This document shows, piece after piece, positions 24,871 to 40,509 of a stretch of DNA of 64,000 nt. The first letter of the stretch is position 1, and each line of letters begins with the position of its first letter. The stretch is from the human T2T-CHM13v2.0 reference genome, Homo sapiens, in assembly GCF_009914755.1 (NCBI RefSeq), contig NC_060926.1; one strand, written 5' to 3'. The notes below the pieces were generated by a model. It was not told the DNA's origin. It did no database searches and saw only the letters and a list, made by a program, of their open reading frames with translations. The position numbers and the translations under genes were made by a program.

Positions 24871-26339
24871 CATCAAACAGTTACTCTGGAGGGAGACACG
24901 CAGTCTCCCAGTGAGCAGATACAACCACCAGTCCATCTTTTCTCCTATCCTAGTAGGGGTCAATTGCATAAGTAGGGGAATGAGTGTTTGAGAAATACAG
25001 TTCTAGAGGTGGGATTTGAGGCAGCAGCCATGAGCTTGAGTATAAATAATGCTCGAGGAAGGAAGCAGGCTGGTCGCATTGCCTCTGCACACTGCACCTG
25101 AACAGCGAGGGCTCTCAGGGGGTTCTCCAGTTTGGAAAAAAGTCGGTACTACTGGTTTTTCCAGCCATGTTTTCTGCCTCGGCCCATCTTCACCCTGTTT
25201 TTTAGATATATCCAACTCTGGAAGGATCTACATATTCCCAGTTCTTGCCCAGGCTGTTTTCTCTGCCCTTTCTACCAACTTCCTACCCCCATTTCAGCCT
25301 TCATCCTCTGGGTAACTCCTACCTGGTCTTCCAGAGCACGCCCACGTAACAGGCACGCCGTAAGTGTTGAACCAAACACCAGACACTGCTCAGGGGCCAT
25401 AGGAACTGAGAGAGCTGAGTTCAAGCTCTCTAAGTTCTCTTTGCAGAGAATCCCCTGCACCTAATTTGCTTGTGATCTTGGGCAAATCACTCCCATTCTG
25501 TGGCCTCAACTTCTTTATCTGTCAATGAGGCTGCTGAGCTGGCTGAGCTGTGAGCCTTCCAGCTCTGACACACACCCTGGGTGGCAGCGAGGCCAAGGTC
25601 CCGGCCCCAGGCTCTCTCCCTGGCCTGCCTCACTCTCCCCAGCCGGGAGGAACATCCTGAACAGCGTTAAGAATAATAAACACGGGCTGATAAACATCAA
25701 TAGGCCCGCCTGGTGCCAAAAAGAAAAGAGGGAAGACTGCATTGCTGGCTGGAGCCTCCCTGGACCACGGAGCTGCTGCCAGTTCCTTAATCATCTGGAG
25801 ACAGCCAGCCGGCTCCCCCAGCCCCGCCCTGGGCCCAGGGCAGGCAAAGGCCAGGCCAGGCCCCGGGGAAGCCAGCCACTAGGTCCTCAGCCACAGCTAG
25901 CCACAGATGCCCCACCCCCTCTATGCCAGGGCCTCTCTTTGTATGGGGATGTTATGTTACTGCCTTGCTCGAAACTGTCAGTGGCTTACCGTTGCCCACA
26001 AGGCAGAGCAGAGCCCACAGATCCCTGACTGGCACTGAGGGCTTCGACTCAGGCCTCAGCCTTCCTCTCCAGACTCATGGCTCACCTGTTTCTAGATTAC
26101 AGCTGTGGAGAGTCTGCCACTTCCTACCAAGCTCTATCCCTCTGATATTTTTCACAGACTGCTGAAGGGCCTGGTGGCCCTGGCAACCCTATGTTGACAC
26201 CCATTTCAGGCACCAGGGCCCTGCAGAGTTAGTATTTTTGGCTCAGGGTGCTCAGTATTCTAATTCTTTGATTCCTTGTCTGACTGTCTCGGGGATGAAC
26301 TCTTGAGAGAGAGACCTGTTCCTGGAGAAGTAAGATATG

Positions 26340-26665
26340 CTGTGCTCAGAGCTTGAACTCGAACCAGATGATCTGGTTTCAAAACCTGTTCTGTCACTTT
26401 GCTATGTGGCCTTGGGCAAATTACCTAACCTTTCTGTACCTCAGTCTCCAGTAAAATAAAGATGATATGAATAATATAATAATACCTATCTTACACGGTA
26501 GCTGTCAGGCTTACAAGGGCTAACACATGTAGCGTGCTTAGAAGAGTGCCAGGGACCCAGCAATGCTCTCTGAATGGTAGCCATTATTATTTATCTTTGC
26601 ACACCATATGCTACCAGTGCCTGGTGCAGAGTAGGCTTCAGCTGCATTTGTTGAATGACTAAATG
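26340..26665 (+). mobile_element. MIR followed by an L2 3' tail
   Basis: gctatgtggccttgggcaaattacctaacctttctgtacctcagt...; cagtgcctggtgcagagtaggc...tttgttgaatgactaaatga. Confidence 0.75.
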
Positions 26666-28929
26666 ATGGTCAGACTCATAGCTAGAGAAAGGACCATAGG
26701 CCTGGCTCCCCCATGGAGTCCTGGCTGCTGTGGTTATGTGATGAATATCTGTTGAGTGCCCAGCTGTGATGGCCAACAGTGTGGCCACAGGACAGGCCCC
26801 CACTGAGGGCAGGGCTGCATTTTCTCCAACAGGACAAGGGCATCATTTCACAGGTAGCCAGTGGGTATTAGTGAACTTGGGGACTTCTGGGTACCTAGGC
26901 CTTCCCAGGGTTGCTGATAAACTCACTGGTCAGTGGCTCTGGGTGCTGAGTCATGTAATGCTTGGAGTCAGCAGTGGCTGGGGAAGGGAGTGTGGCCAAA
27001 GCAGGAAATGGCCTGCTGTGGCCAGGGTTGGCTGCCCCTATGACCTCTGGGGCCTCAGAGGCTCTTCCCAGAGCAGGCAACCTGGCTCATTCATGAAACC
27101 GCACGTCCAAGGGAATCGCCATTCCCAGGGATGCTCGGCCCTCTGCTTTCCAGCCTTCCCGCCTCCCAGGGGAAGCTGTGTCTCTCTGCTTTGGTCCAAT
27201 TTTCCATGTGGGTCATGTGATAGGAGACATGGTTCGGGAACTTCATGCATTTCTAGAATTCTTAACTCTATTTTCAGATGTCCGCTCCCCTGTGCATACC
27301 CCCCACCCGCATCCCAAACATACCCTTTTATTATGAGTAATATCATTCTTCCCAATGAAGAATAAGAATCATTAGTAGATTCCTGAATCAGATTTTAGTG
27401 GGTTGAGAATTATCTCTTAATCTGAGAAGGTCTTTCTGCTAGATTTTGGTTAAAACTTGCCTGAAGGGTCTTGGTAGGAAATGTACACCACTTGGAAGGC
27501 AAATATACTGGAGAGAATTTGAATACTCTGCTATTGGTTGGGGGTCATCTATTGTCTAGTTACTCACAGCAAGGGGCTGCCCTGACCTGCCTATCAGGGA
27601 ATTCACGATGACCCTGCTGCAGGCTGTCTCAGGGAAAGTCATGTCCATGGCTCTGTGTGTCTGCAGACTGCAGCAATCTGCAGCAGCGTCAGCTCTGGGC
27701 ATCCCATTTCTAGTAGTTTACAGGTGGTGGTGAGTCTGGGGCAAATGGCACTGAAAAATCCTGTTACATAGTCAGTGCCTAAAGATGATGGGGCATGGGG
27801 GGCAGGGCCTTAGCTTATAGGCCAGGAGAAGGAAAAGCAGCTGGGGAGACTGGGGTTCTAGAAGGAGGCAGGACCAGTGTCCTGAGGTAGGGAAGGTGGG
27901 GCAAGGAAGGAGGTGGGAATTTAGGTGTGCGCTCATCACTGCAACTGTGGACAAAGATCACACCTTTGTGGAAATCAGAAATAGATACCCCCTCTGGCTG
28001 GGTATAGCCCTGAGCTAGCACAAAGCTTGCTGGGTGCTATCTGGGCTACTGGGACCATCATGCAATGAATGCATGACCTGTACAGCCTCACACTGTGGCC
28101 CTGAGCTCTAGAGCAGATACTCACACATGGGTGTGTGCTGGGGCTTCCGGATCAAACGCTGTGTCTCCTCTATGTCCTCCCCTGCAGGGCCATGATGTGA
28201 GGACTGTGAGGCTTGAAGGGAGGGGTCAGCTGCTGTAGCGTTGGGCCTTATTAATGGGGTACTGGATGTGGCCAGGGTGCCCTCTTTCCCTCTGCTGAGG
28301 TGCCCTGGGGACAGCTGATTAAGGAGCCTGGCACAGTGTCAGTAGTGATTTATGGACTGCCGAGAAGCTTCTGCCTTGAGAGCTAGGCTGCTGCATTATT
28401 CATGGTGGTAAGTCATAAATCTGCTGCTGGAGCTAGCTGCTGGCTCGGCCATGGAGGATGAAGACTGAGGGAAGGGTGGTGGGGGAAGAGCAGCAGCTGC
28501 CAGGACAGGAGAGGTGTTTGGCAGGCAGGATGGGTTCTGAACAGGAATCTGACGCTTGCTCTTTAGGTCTGGTGTGTGGCCCCATGAATCATCTTGTCCA
28601 CTCCCTTGCATTTCAGTGGTGAGATTCTAGGTCTTCCCTTGGTTACTCAGGTCCAGCAACCTTCCTCTTGTCTAACCTGGCTACCTTTAATCATGGCTGA
28701 AGGCCACGGTTCCTGCCAGAATGCCAGAGGAATTTCTTAACAGGACTTAAAAATATCAGATCACATTTCTTTAGAGCAAATTATCTGCCTAAAGTCCTGC
28801 CATCTGGCAATGAGGGCCCCTATGAGCTAGTCTTACTTTTTGCAGTGGTTACTTTACCTCACTCACTAATACCTGTGTGTGAGAAAAATGCACGGCAAGA
28901 TATAGCCATGTGTGTGAGAAGAAACAGTG

Positions 28930-29117
28930 CAGTGGTCTTCAGACTTGAGCGTGCATCAGAATTGCCTGCAGGGCTTGTCTAAACACAGATTGCTGGGCCC
29001 CACCCCCAATGTTTCTGATTCAGCAGTTCTCAGGTGGAGTCTGAGAACTGGCATTTCTAACAAGTTTCCAGGTGATGCTGATGCTGCTGGTCCAGGAATC
29101 ACACATTAAGAACCACT
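28930..29117 (+). mobile_element. MER5A hAT-Charlie MITE
   Basis: cagtggt...gcatcagaat...acacagattgctgggccccaccc...ttctgattcagcag...gcatttctaacaagtttccaggtgatgctgatgctgctggtcc...aagaaccact. Confidence 0.9.
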
Positions 29118-29199
29118 ACCTTAGTGTAATTTAACCAAGCTTTGCTGTGCTAACATCACCTAAGGAGGGCAAGAACTATTAGTAAAATATACAAATCAT

Positions 29200-29340
29200 T
29201 AAATTCATTCATTTGTTCAATAAGCATTTATTGGAACCTACTAAGTGGCCCTGCTGTGCTCTGAGCTGTGAACACAGATACGAAGAGTCAGGCACTGGCT
29301 TTCCCAGGCAGCTCACAGTTCAGCTGGGAAGAGGACACAT
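29200..29340 (-). mobile_element. L2 3' end
   Basis: attcattcatttgttcaataagcatttattggaacctacta. Confidence 0.7.
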
Positions 29341-30099
29341 GGGAAGGCATTTGCTGAGAGGTGAGTCAAGCAATTCAACAAATTCAGCCCCTGTTTGGGG
29401 GTCTTTAAATGCCCTCATTGCTCACTGTTATGATCTAAAGTAAATAGAAAGGCATAGTCTTGTGCTTTCTCTCCCAAAGCTGTCTGGAGAAACACCCAGA
29501 GATATGATGGGCTGTGGGTTAGACAAGTCTGAAGGTACTGCTGTCCTGAAAAGGAGATGACCCTGCAAGTTGGGAGGTTAAGATTTCGTGCTGGAGGTGA
29601 GACCTGAAAGATGGATTTGGGAAGGAGTATGAACCAGTAAACATGACTGTCCATACTAGATTAACAATCTTTTCAAAACTGAATAAATGTGGCTGTCCAC
29701 TTTCCTCCCATGTGTTAGGCTGAAAAACCCTTCCCCTGATCTTATTGGTCCCAGATTCTTAGTTTTTTACAGTCCCTCATTTGCACTTTCTTCTGGGACT
29801 TGCAGACAACAGACATGCTTGTCTCAAAGGCTTAATCGTAAGTTCAAACAGACAGTAAAGTGTGTCTGGGCAATATCTGGGCCTGGAGTGGTGATGGGGG
29901 TAGTTAATGTGGAAAGGGATTTGTGACAGAGTGGAAATGGGTTGCAAGGAGCTATAATCGGGCATGGGGTGTCTGGCTGGGAAAGGGAAGTGGCTGTAGG
30001 ATAAGGAGCAGGTTGTTTGGATGCTACAGCAAAGGGCCCTGTTAACTCCCCTCAAGACTGTACTTAACTATTCCTCTCCCAACATACTTCCCAGAAAGA

Positions 30100-31650
30100 A
30101 ACATATTAAACTTTTTAAAGTGCTTCTTTTGGTATTTATAGCCATATTTGTAACCTAAATGGATACACTGCCTTCTTTTTGTCCACCAATTTCAGACATT
30201 ATTGACTTTATATCATGATAGTTGAAAATTTAGGCTCATTTATAAATACTCTTCTGTATCTATTCTCCTAAGATCATTATATCTTAATTCTTAGTTTAAA
30301 TCATTGTCAGAGTTTTCATTATTATGGCTATACATTTTGCTTAGCATTGACACAAATGGTATAGTCTGATTACACTGTCATTCTTGGACAACTTTTGGTT
30401 TTTCCTGGAGTTAATGATTGCTTCAGTTTTTCATTTGTTTACTTGCCTTTTAACATTGGATTAATTTCACAACCTTTCACAGCTTTGTAAAGTACCTTTT
30501 AATATAATTTTATGATTGGTTGACACAAATGGTATAGTCTGATTAAACCTACCAGATAGGTTAAACCTACCAGATAACTCATTACTTGCATTCTCTCCCC
30601 TCTGAAATCGTGTCTTCTTGTACTCTGTGATCTACTGCTCCAACTGGACTCACTGATCTATGGCTTCTGCACAGCCTCATCCTGACTCTTTCTTTCACTA
30701 ACATCCTGGCATTCCCTTTGACCCTCTCTTATGTTTATTCCATGTTTCTTTGATCCCATGTATGTTTTCCTCTTTCTTGTTTTGCCCCTTGCTTTGGGGA
30801 TGCATATCCTCCAATAGCTTCCTGAGAAATGGCACAACAGAGGGAAATGTCAGAAGACTCTGAATCCCTGAAAATGTCTTTATTCTACCCACAGTCTAGA
30901 TGGAATATAGGTAGAGAATTTTTGGCTGAGAATAGTTAACAATTAGAGTTTCCAGCTTCCATTGTTGCTGTTGAAAACTCCAGTTTCATTCTTGTTCTCA
31001 GTTCTTTGTTTGGGCTATCTTTTCTCTCAAAAAGCTTTTAGAATGTTTTCTTTATGCCTGGTGTTCTAAAATGTCATGATGATGGATCCTCATGTGAGTT
31101 TTTTCTTCCTTTCCTTCTTTCTTTCAATAGTTACTTTTGTACCATTTTATTTATTTACTCTGGAACTTCCAGATGTTGAAAATGGAGTCTTCTGAATTTA
31201 TTCTTTAATTTTTGAATCTTCTATTATATTGTCTACATCCTTGTCATTTTGCTCTACTTTATAACAAAAGTTACTTTCTTAACTTTATCCTCCAACTCTC
31301 CTATTAATTTTTTGTTCATATGTTTAATTTTCAAAGGCTCTTCATTGTTGTCTGGTTGTTCTGTATTTATAGGTATGCTTTATATTTCATTGATGCAATT
31401 TTCTCTTTTATCTCCTTAAAAATGTTAATTATATACATTTTTGAGGCATCCCATTTATTTTATTTGGATGCTATAGCATCCAAATTAATCAGATGAAACA
31501 AAGATAGTAAGAAAAGAAATTCTCTGTTTTTCATTGGAGGATTTCCCCCAGATATCTGGAAATATTTGATTATCCATTTATATTTAGAAGTGAGGATGAC
31601 AAAGTGAATCAAAAGCTGGGAAAGAAGGTAGGGCTTGTGGACAGGTAGTC
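30100..31650 (-). mobile_element. Ancient HAL1/L1M element (ORF1-like)
   Basis: T-rich; minus ORF 30698..30892 GRIKTFSGIQSL...PFLRKLLEDM resembles the L1 ORF1p C-terminus. Confidence 0.6.
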
Positions 31651-31789
31651 AGATAGCTCAGAGTCTTATTATGAACCTCCAACGCATCTATTCTTTAAGG
31701 TAATTTAATTTCCCTACCAAAAAACTTTAAAAAAATTTAAAGTATCCTCACTTATACCATATGGATGCTGCTAGTGTTCTGAAACTTTG

Positions 31790-33606
31790 TTGATTTGGTA
31801 CATTAAAGATGGCCACTGAGCTTTTGGAATTCTCCTTTAAAATGGTGGAGTTATTTTCTCTCTTCTTCAAACTGGGTTGGCTTTGTGACTGCTTTACTAG
31901 TAGAATATGGTAGAAGTGATGGATAATTGTTCTGAGACTAAGCCTTAAGAAGACATGGTAGCATCTACTTTTGGAATCTAATCTTCTAAGCCTTAATTTA
32001 ATTTAATGGAATTAATTTAATGGAAGCTCCTACTTTTGAAATCCTTTTAACACCATGTGAGAGGTCTAGCCACCTTCCTAAAGAAGCCAAGTAGAGAGGC
32101 CAAGCATAGAGGAAGTGGCCCTGAGATTATGTGGAGAAAGAGGCCCAGCCATCCCAGCACCCCAGTAGACTCTAGCCTTCAAGCAAGACCAACCAAAGCA
32201 TCAGATATTTGAGTTGGCCATCTTAGATGTTCTAGCCCAGTTGATCCCTCAGATGATGATAGCGCCCAGCCAACATTGCATAATGTAGAAGAATTATAGT
32301 CATGCACACATTAATGACATTTTGGTCAATCACAGACTGCATATATGACAGTGGTCCCACAAGATTATAATGGAGCTGAAAAATTCCTAGCACCTAGTGA
32401 CCTTGTAGCCATCATAACGTTGTAGCACAATGCATTACTCATGTGTTTGTGGTGACGTCTGTGTAAATTAACATATTGTGCTGCCAGTCATATAAAAGCC
32501 TAGCACATACAATTATGTATAGTACATAATAACTTGATAATTATAGTAAAAAACTATGTTACTGGTTTATGTATTTACTATACCATGCTTTGTATTGTTA
32601 TTTTAGAGTTCACTCCTACTTACTTAAAAAAAAGTGATGGTGAAACAGCCTCAAGCAGGTTCTTCAGGAGGTGTTTCATAAGAAGGCGTTGTTATCATAG
32701 GAGATGACAGCTCCATGCCTGTTAGTGACCTTGAAGACCTTCTAGTGGGACAAGATGTGGAGGTGGAAGACAGTGATGTTGATAATCCTGACTCTGTGTA
32801 GGCCTAGGCTAATGTGTGTGTGTGTGTGTGTGTGTGTCTGCGACTTTATAAAAAAGTTTAAAAACTAAAAAAAAAAAAAAAAAATTTAAATAGAAAAAGC
32901 TTATAAGGTTATAAAGAAAAAATATTTTTGTACAGCTGTACAATGTGTTTTAAGCTGTGTTATTACAAAAGACTCAAAAAGTTAAAACAATTTAAAAAGT
33001 TTATAAAGTAAAAAAGTTACAGTAAGCTGACTAATTTATTATTAAAGGAAGAAAAATACTTTAAATAAATTTAGTGTAGCCTAAATGTACAGTGTTTATT
33101 AAGTCTACGGTAGCGTAATGTCCTAGGCCTTTATATTCTCTCAGCACTCACTCACTCACTTACCCAACCAAAACAACTTCCACTCTTGCAAGCTCCATTC
33201 ATGGTAAGTACCCTATACAGATGACCATTTTTTATCTTTTATACTGTACCTTTTCTATGCTTAGATATGTTTAGATACACAAATATTTAACCATTGTGTT
33301 CTAATTGCCAAGTGTTCAGTACAATGACATGCTGTACAGTGTTGTAGCTAGGATCAATAGGCCATACCATACAGCCTAGGTGGCTGTATGGCAGCTCTAC
33401 CATCTAGGTTTATATAAGGTTCACCCTATGGTTCTCACAACAAAATTGCCTGACACATTTTTCAGAGCTATCCCCATTGTTAAGTGGCATATGATTATAT
33501 TTAGCTGGGTGCAGCCAATCTACAGAATTGTAAGCAATAAAACACTTGTTGTCTTAAGCTGTTGGATTTTGGGGTGGTTGTTATGCAGCCATAGATAACT
33601 AAAACA
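31790..33606 (+). mobile_element. MLT1 (G/H-like) LTR split by Tigger3b
   Basis: attaaagatggccac...tttgtgactgctttactagtagaatatggtagaagtgat (31790-32294); resumes at 33500 and ends ttgttatgcagccatagataactaaaaca. Confidence 0.75.
32297..33497 (-). mobile_element. Tigger3b (Golem-related) TcMar DNA transposon
   Basis: Degenerate cagtcatg...catgactg TIRs, TA on both sides, internal ggaggtggaagacagtgatgttgataatcctgac; paralogous to 50637-51790. Confidence 0.88.
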
Positions 33607-35241
33607 ATGGAGGATGAGAGCCTGGGGCTGCATCATATGATATAATCTGCAGATTTTCACTCAATACCCTGATTTTAGAATGGCTTCTTACTTCTGCTGT
33701 ATCTATACTTAGATTCAGGAGGGTCTGTGGTTTGAAAATTTATTGGCCCAAATTTAAGTACTGATAGACTTCAACATCCCAATTGTAGTGTTCAAGATCC
33801 CTACCTTGATATAGTTCAAGCCTAAAGTTTGGCACTGTGATGATCTATAATTTCCTGGTTCAGTATCTTGTCTCCAGCTAAGGAATCTTTTCCATCAAGC
33901 CTCTCCTTCACCTCGGACATTTTCCTTCCCAATTTTTTCTCCACAGGACTTTTGCACCTTTTGAGAAAGTGGAATTAAAATTCTTTCTGCACAATGTCTT
34001 CTTAGAATTATTGCTACTCATGCAATTTCTCTAGCAGAGCTAATACAGACCTCTATCAGATAGTTATTCTTGACTGCTAATGATTTTAATGAAGGCAGGG
34101 TTCCTAGTCCATTACAATTAATTAATTAAAATGAATCAATTTGAACTTTCAATTGGCTGTCTCTGATGTGGCCTCCAGGACCTTCTCTCTAAAAATCCGT
34201 GACAACTTAGGAAGACATGACAATGTTTAACATCATTGAAAAGCAAGGCTGATGTACAACGTATGGTCAGATTATAGGAGGAAGTTACTAAATGCAATAC
34301 AGATAAAGCTGTATCACAAAACCAGAAACAAGTGACATACCGATGCTCCTCTTGAAAGAAAGCAGAATACCTCTTTACTCCTGCTCTAGTTGCCCTAAGC
34401 CATTCTGAGACCAAACTAATTTAAAAACTCGGAAGCTGACCCACTACTGTGTGGGTGCTGCTTATTCTGCCTTTCCACTAATGTTTCTACATTCATTTGG
34501 AGACTGCAACTGCTGGAAAACAACAGGGTAATATGGGGTGACCCCAAAGGGGTGTTTTGCATTTGAGGAAGTGTACGACCCTCATATGCAGCTCCACGCC
34601 TGTGGGTGAGGACACACAGACCTGGTAGCAATGCATGTGGGAAATCATAGGCACAATGTTTCAGGAAGTTTCAGGAGCAGGATAAGATTCCTTCATATGC
34701 TTACCTAGCTGGGATAGAAAGAAAAAAAAAAAGACTCCACCACAGTACAGCAGCACTGTATTAAAAGAAAGCCTAGAAACCAGTCCCTGGTAGTTGGGCT
34801 GAGACCTCTGTGGATACAGAGCCCGCAAAAGCCCTGTTGCTACAGATATAAGGAGACTCTACTGATTACACATGGGCAGTGGTGGAACCAAGGGAAATCT
34901 ATATATTTTGTCCATCACTAAAACAGAGTCTTGATATATTTCCTTTATTTTGAAAATGAATACAAAAGGAAAACATTCAACTTGGTCTATTAAAAAAAGG
35001 CAAAGGGCAAAGCACGAGAAGGAAACCTCATCCTGATGACTCAGAAGTGCAGAGAGTAACTAGAAGACAATTTTAGAAAACTGTCTGGAACCCTCACTAA
35101 CTTGCAAAAAAAAAAAAAAAAAGTGATCTCTATGACGAATAACTAAAGAAAACCGTAAGGAGGGAGAAGACCAAGATGTAGTAAGATGAGATAAAAAGAT
35201 GACAAAGTGAGATGGAAAGGGAACTAGGAAAGATATAAAGG

Positions 35242-35726
35242 TGTGTCAAGTTACCTATTGTGATGTAATGAGTGGCCCTAAAATGTAGTGGCTTAAAACA
35301 TACCATTTTGTTTGCTCACAATTCTGTGGGAAAGAATTAGGACAGGGTCATTTGCAATTCTGCTCCCCATGGCCTGCTCCAAGGGGTGGTAGCAGTTGAG
35401 AACTGGGCTGTGGCTGGAATGTCTCAGAAGGCTTCACGTGCACATCTGGCACCTGGTAGCTAGAGAATTTTGGGACCCCCTTTCTGTCATGTGACTTGAG
35501 TTTCTTTATATGGCAGCTGGATCCCCCAAGTGAGAAAGTAGAAAGTGCCAAATCCAGGATCAGAAGTCTTCTAAAACATTAGTTCCACTAATTCTATTGG
35601 TTAAATCAAGTCTCAAGATCAGCCAAGATGAAAGGGAAGGGAAATCATCTCCTCTCTTGGGAGGAGGTGCATATGCATACAGCTTCAGGAGGAGTTGTTG
35701 GCAGCCATCTTTGTGGTCAACCTACC
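35242..35726 (-). mobile_element. MLT1 (H/I/J-like) solo LTR
   Basis: cctaaaatgtagtggcttaaaaca...tttgctcacaattctgtggg...attctattggttaaatcaagtc...gcagccatcttt. Confidence 0.75.
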
Positions 35727-35969
35727 TGGGAATTGTAGGTTCAAAAAAGGATGAGAAAGAAACTAAAAGACTTACTATCCACACCAAAGGGTGTGAGGAG
35801 CAGAATTAACACTGTGGAAAACTGGAATAATGATGTGGGAGACAAACATGAGTAGTTCTCCCATAAAGTATGAATGGATAGAGAGATAAAATAATGAATG
35901 AGAGGATGGAGGACAGGGAACCAAGGTCATAGTGGGACCCCCTTTCTGTGTTTATGGAATCCTCCATGT

Positions 35970-36459
35970 TAGGTGTCGTGGTGACAGAAACTGCCTTACA
36001 CATAGAATCTGAAAAGGGCGGAATCACATTTTCTCAGGCTGCTTGCTGGGGTACCAGAACGTGAACTATGCCAGCCAATCAGGCACACCCATCCAGGACT
36101 CTGAAAAGGAAGCTTGTAGCACAGAGATGAAAGAAAAAGGAAGAATTCATTTTGAGGTTGACAGCATGACGTCCAGGGCAGCAAAAGCCGTGGAGCAAGC
36201 GGCAGTAATGCTGCAAGCCACGCCCCTAGCATTCAGTGGTATCATACCTTGAGTCCTCATTAAATGTGTTCTGTGTGTAACGTGGCTGTCACTCTGGCTG
36301 CTGCTGAGCCTCGTACTGTACTGCTCATTTTCTAAGCCTGGGTCTTGACCTTATTGATATTTTTGTAAGATTCCCAATATCCTTTTAATAAATTATTTCA
36401 TGATGAAGACAGCCAGAGTTAATTTCTGCTGCTTGGAAGTAAGATCCCTGACTAGTGCA
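35970..36459 (+). mobile_element. Old ERVL-type LTR
   Basis: gccagccaatcagg...taataaatt...cagccagagttaatttctgctgcttg...ccctgactagtgca. Confidence 0.5.
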
Positions 36460-36477
36460 AGCACCTGAACAAAGAAT

Positions 36478-36775
36478 GCAGTTGGCCTTTTGTTTCTGCA
36501 GGTTCAACCAACTGTGGATCAAAAATAGCTAAAAAAAATAATAAAAATAACAATAGAACAATAAAAACAACACAAGATAACAACTAATTTACATAGCATT
36601 TACATAGTATTATGTATTATAAATAATCTAGAGATGATTTAAAGTATACTGGAGGATATGCATAGGCTATATGCAAGTACTACACCATTATATATAAGAG
36701 ACTTGAGCATCTGCCAATTTCAGTATCTGGGGGGAGTGTTCTGGAACCAATCCCTGCAGATACTGAGGATAACTC
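36478..36775 (-). mobile_element. MER2 TcMar-Tigger MITE
   Basis: ttcaaccaactgtggatcaaaaata...aataatctagagatgatttaaagtatac...gacttgagcatc...ctggaaccaatccc. Confidence 0.85.
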
Positions 36776-37249
36776 TAATAGGTATTGCTGTTGGGGGAAA
36801 AGCAGGTTAACTGGAACAAAGGCAGTGATCAGTCAAAACAATTCCTTTTTAATTTCTTAGAAGCCAAAAAGGAATCCAAGTATGTGTTCAGAAATGTTTT
36901 ACTGTATTCTAGATGATTTAATAAAAGGAGATCTCGTCTAGACAAATTTTAAAAGTAATTCTATTAAATAGGATATTAACTCATAAAATTATATAATCAT
37001 AAAATTCTAAAAAGGATATAATAATATTTACTGGGATAAAATATTCTATAGGAATTAAGAAGTGAAAAAATAGATTATCTACAAGTTAGGATGACTTCAG
37101 ACTCCTGATCTGCAACACTAATTGCCAACAGAAAGTATAGTGATATTTACAGTTTTTAGTTTTGCAGGTAAGAGTTTGTGATCCACATTTTTTCTTTTAG
37201 AAAAGTACTGGAAGATGTTCAGCATGGAACTGAGTTAATGATTCTCACA

Positions 37250-39410
<2,161 letters not shown>

Positions 39411-39429
39411 ATGAAACATTCGAACATTT

Positions 39430-40170
39430 ACAAATATTAAAATCAAAAGCTAGACAAAGATGCCCACCGTAACCAGTATTAGTTGACATTGTTGTAGAGG
39501 TTTTAGCTAATGCAATTATTTAAGAAACAGAAAGAAGTAACTAAGAAACAGGAAATGAAATGATTATGATTTGTATATAATTTTTTTTTACCTAGAACAT
39601 TCTAGGGAAGTTGCAGAAGAGAGTTTATAAGGGAATCAGTTATGAATTCAGTTAACAAAGTCAAGAGTTTTCTTATAAAATAGCAATAGCTAGTTAGGGG
39701 AAAAGATTTCCTTGGCATAAACTATTGAAAATTGTGCAAGACCCATAGGAAAAAAACTTTTATAGTTTTGCTGAAAGACGTAAAAGAGGACTTGAATGAA
39801 TGGAGAAACATACTCCTCATTGGGAAGATTCAATAAGTGAAAGTGTCATTTCACGGCAAATTAATTGATACCTTTAATAAAATTCAGATAAATTTCCCCA
39901 TAAGATATTTTCAGAATTTAAAGAAAATACAAAGTTTATTAGGAAAAACAAATCGGCAAAAAATGCTTCATTACCAAATAAAAAATTAAGCATTCAGCTC
40001 AAGAAACTTAAATAAGAACAAAATGTACAAAAGGAAATAAGGATGGGAAAAGTAATAGAATTGCTAAATATATTCAATAACTCTTCCTTTGAAAAAAGTA
40101 ATAAAACAAATTATTCCTTATAATGTTCACCATAATAAATCATAGAAGAAATAAAGTGTAAGAAAAAATA
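39430..40170 (+). mobile_element. Ancient L1M ORF2 fragments
   Basis: agacaaagatgcccacc...gacattgttgtagaggttttagctaatgcaat; gacttgaatgaatggagaaacatac. Confidence 0.6.
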
Positions 40171-40299
40171 CATCTGTAATTTTATTCTTATGGTAGGAAT
40201 GAGATATGTATACAATTTTTTTCCTATTAATTTGTGCAATTGAGACCTCTTTCTATACCAGGTGTTTTTAATTCTCTAGCTTTGTAATATGTTTAATTA

Positions 40300-40500
40300 G
40301 CATAGTAGTTAAACTTTAAGCTTGAAAATAATGAGTCCTGGGTTCAAATATAGACTCCTGATATTTAGTACTTCTGTAATATTGGAAAACTTTTTTAGCA
40401 TTGCTAAACTGCAGGCTATTGTACTTTTTTGAGTTTTGGGGAGGAGTAAATAGAATCCACAATGCTTGTGAAAAACCACAGTGCTACATATAGCGTAAGA
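40300..40500 (+). mobile_element. MIR (degraded)
   Basis: tagcatagtagttaa...gtcctgggttcaaat... Confidence 0.55.
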
Positions 40501-40509
40501 ACTAAATTA

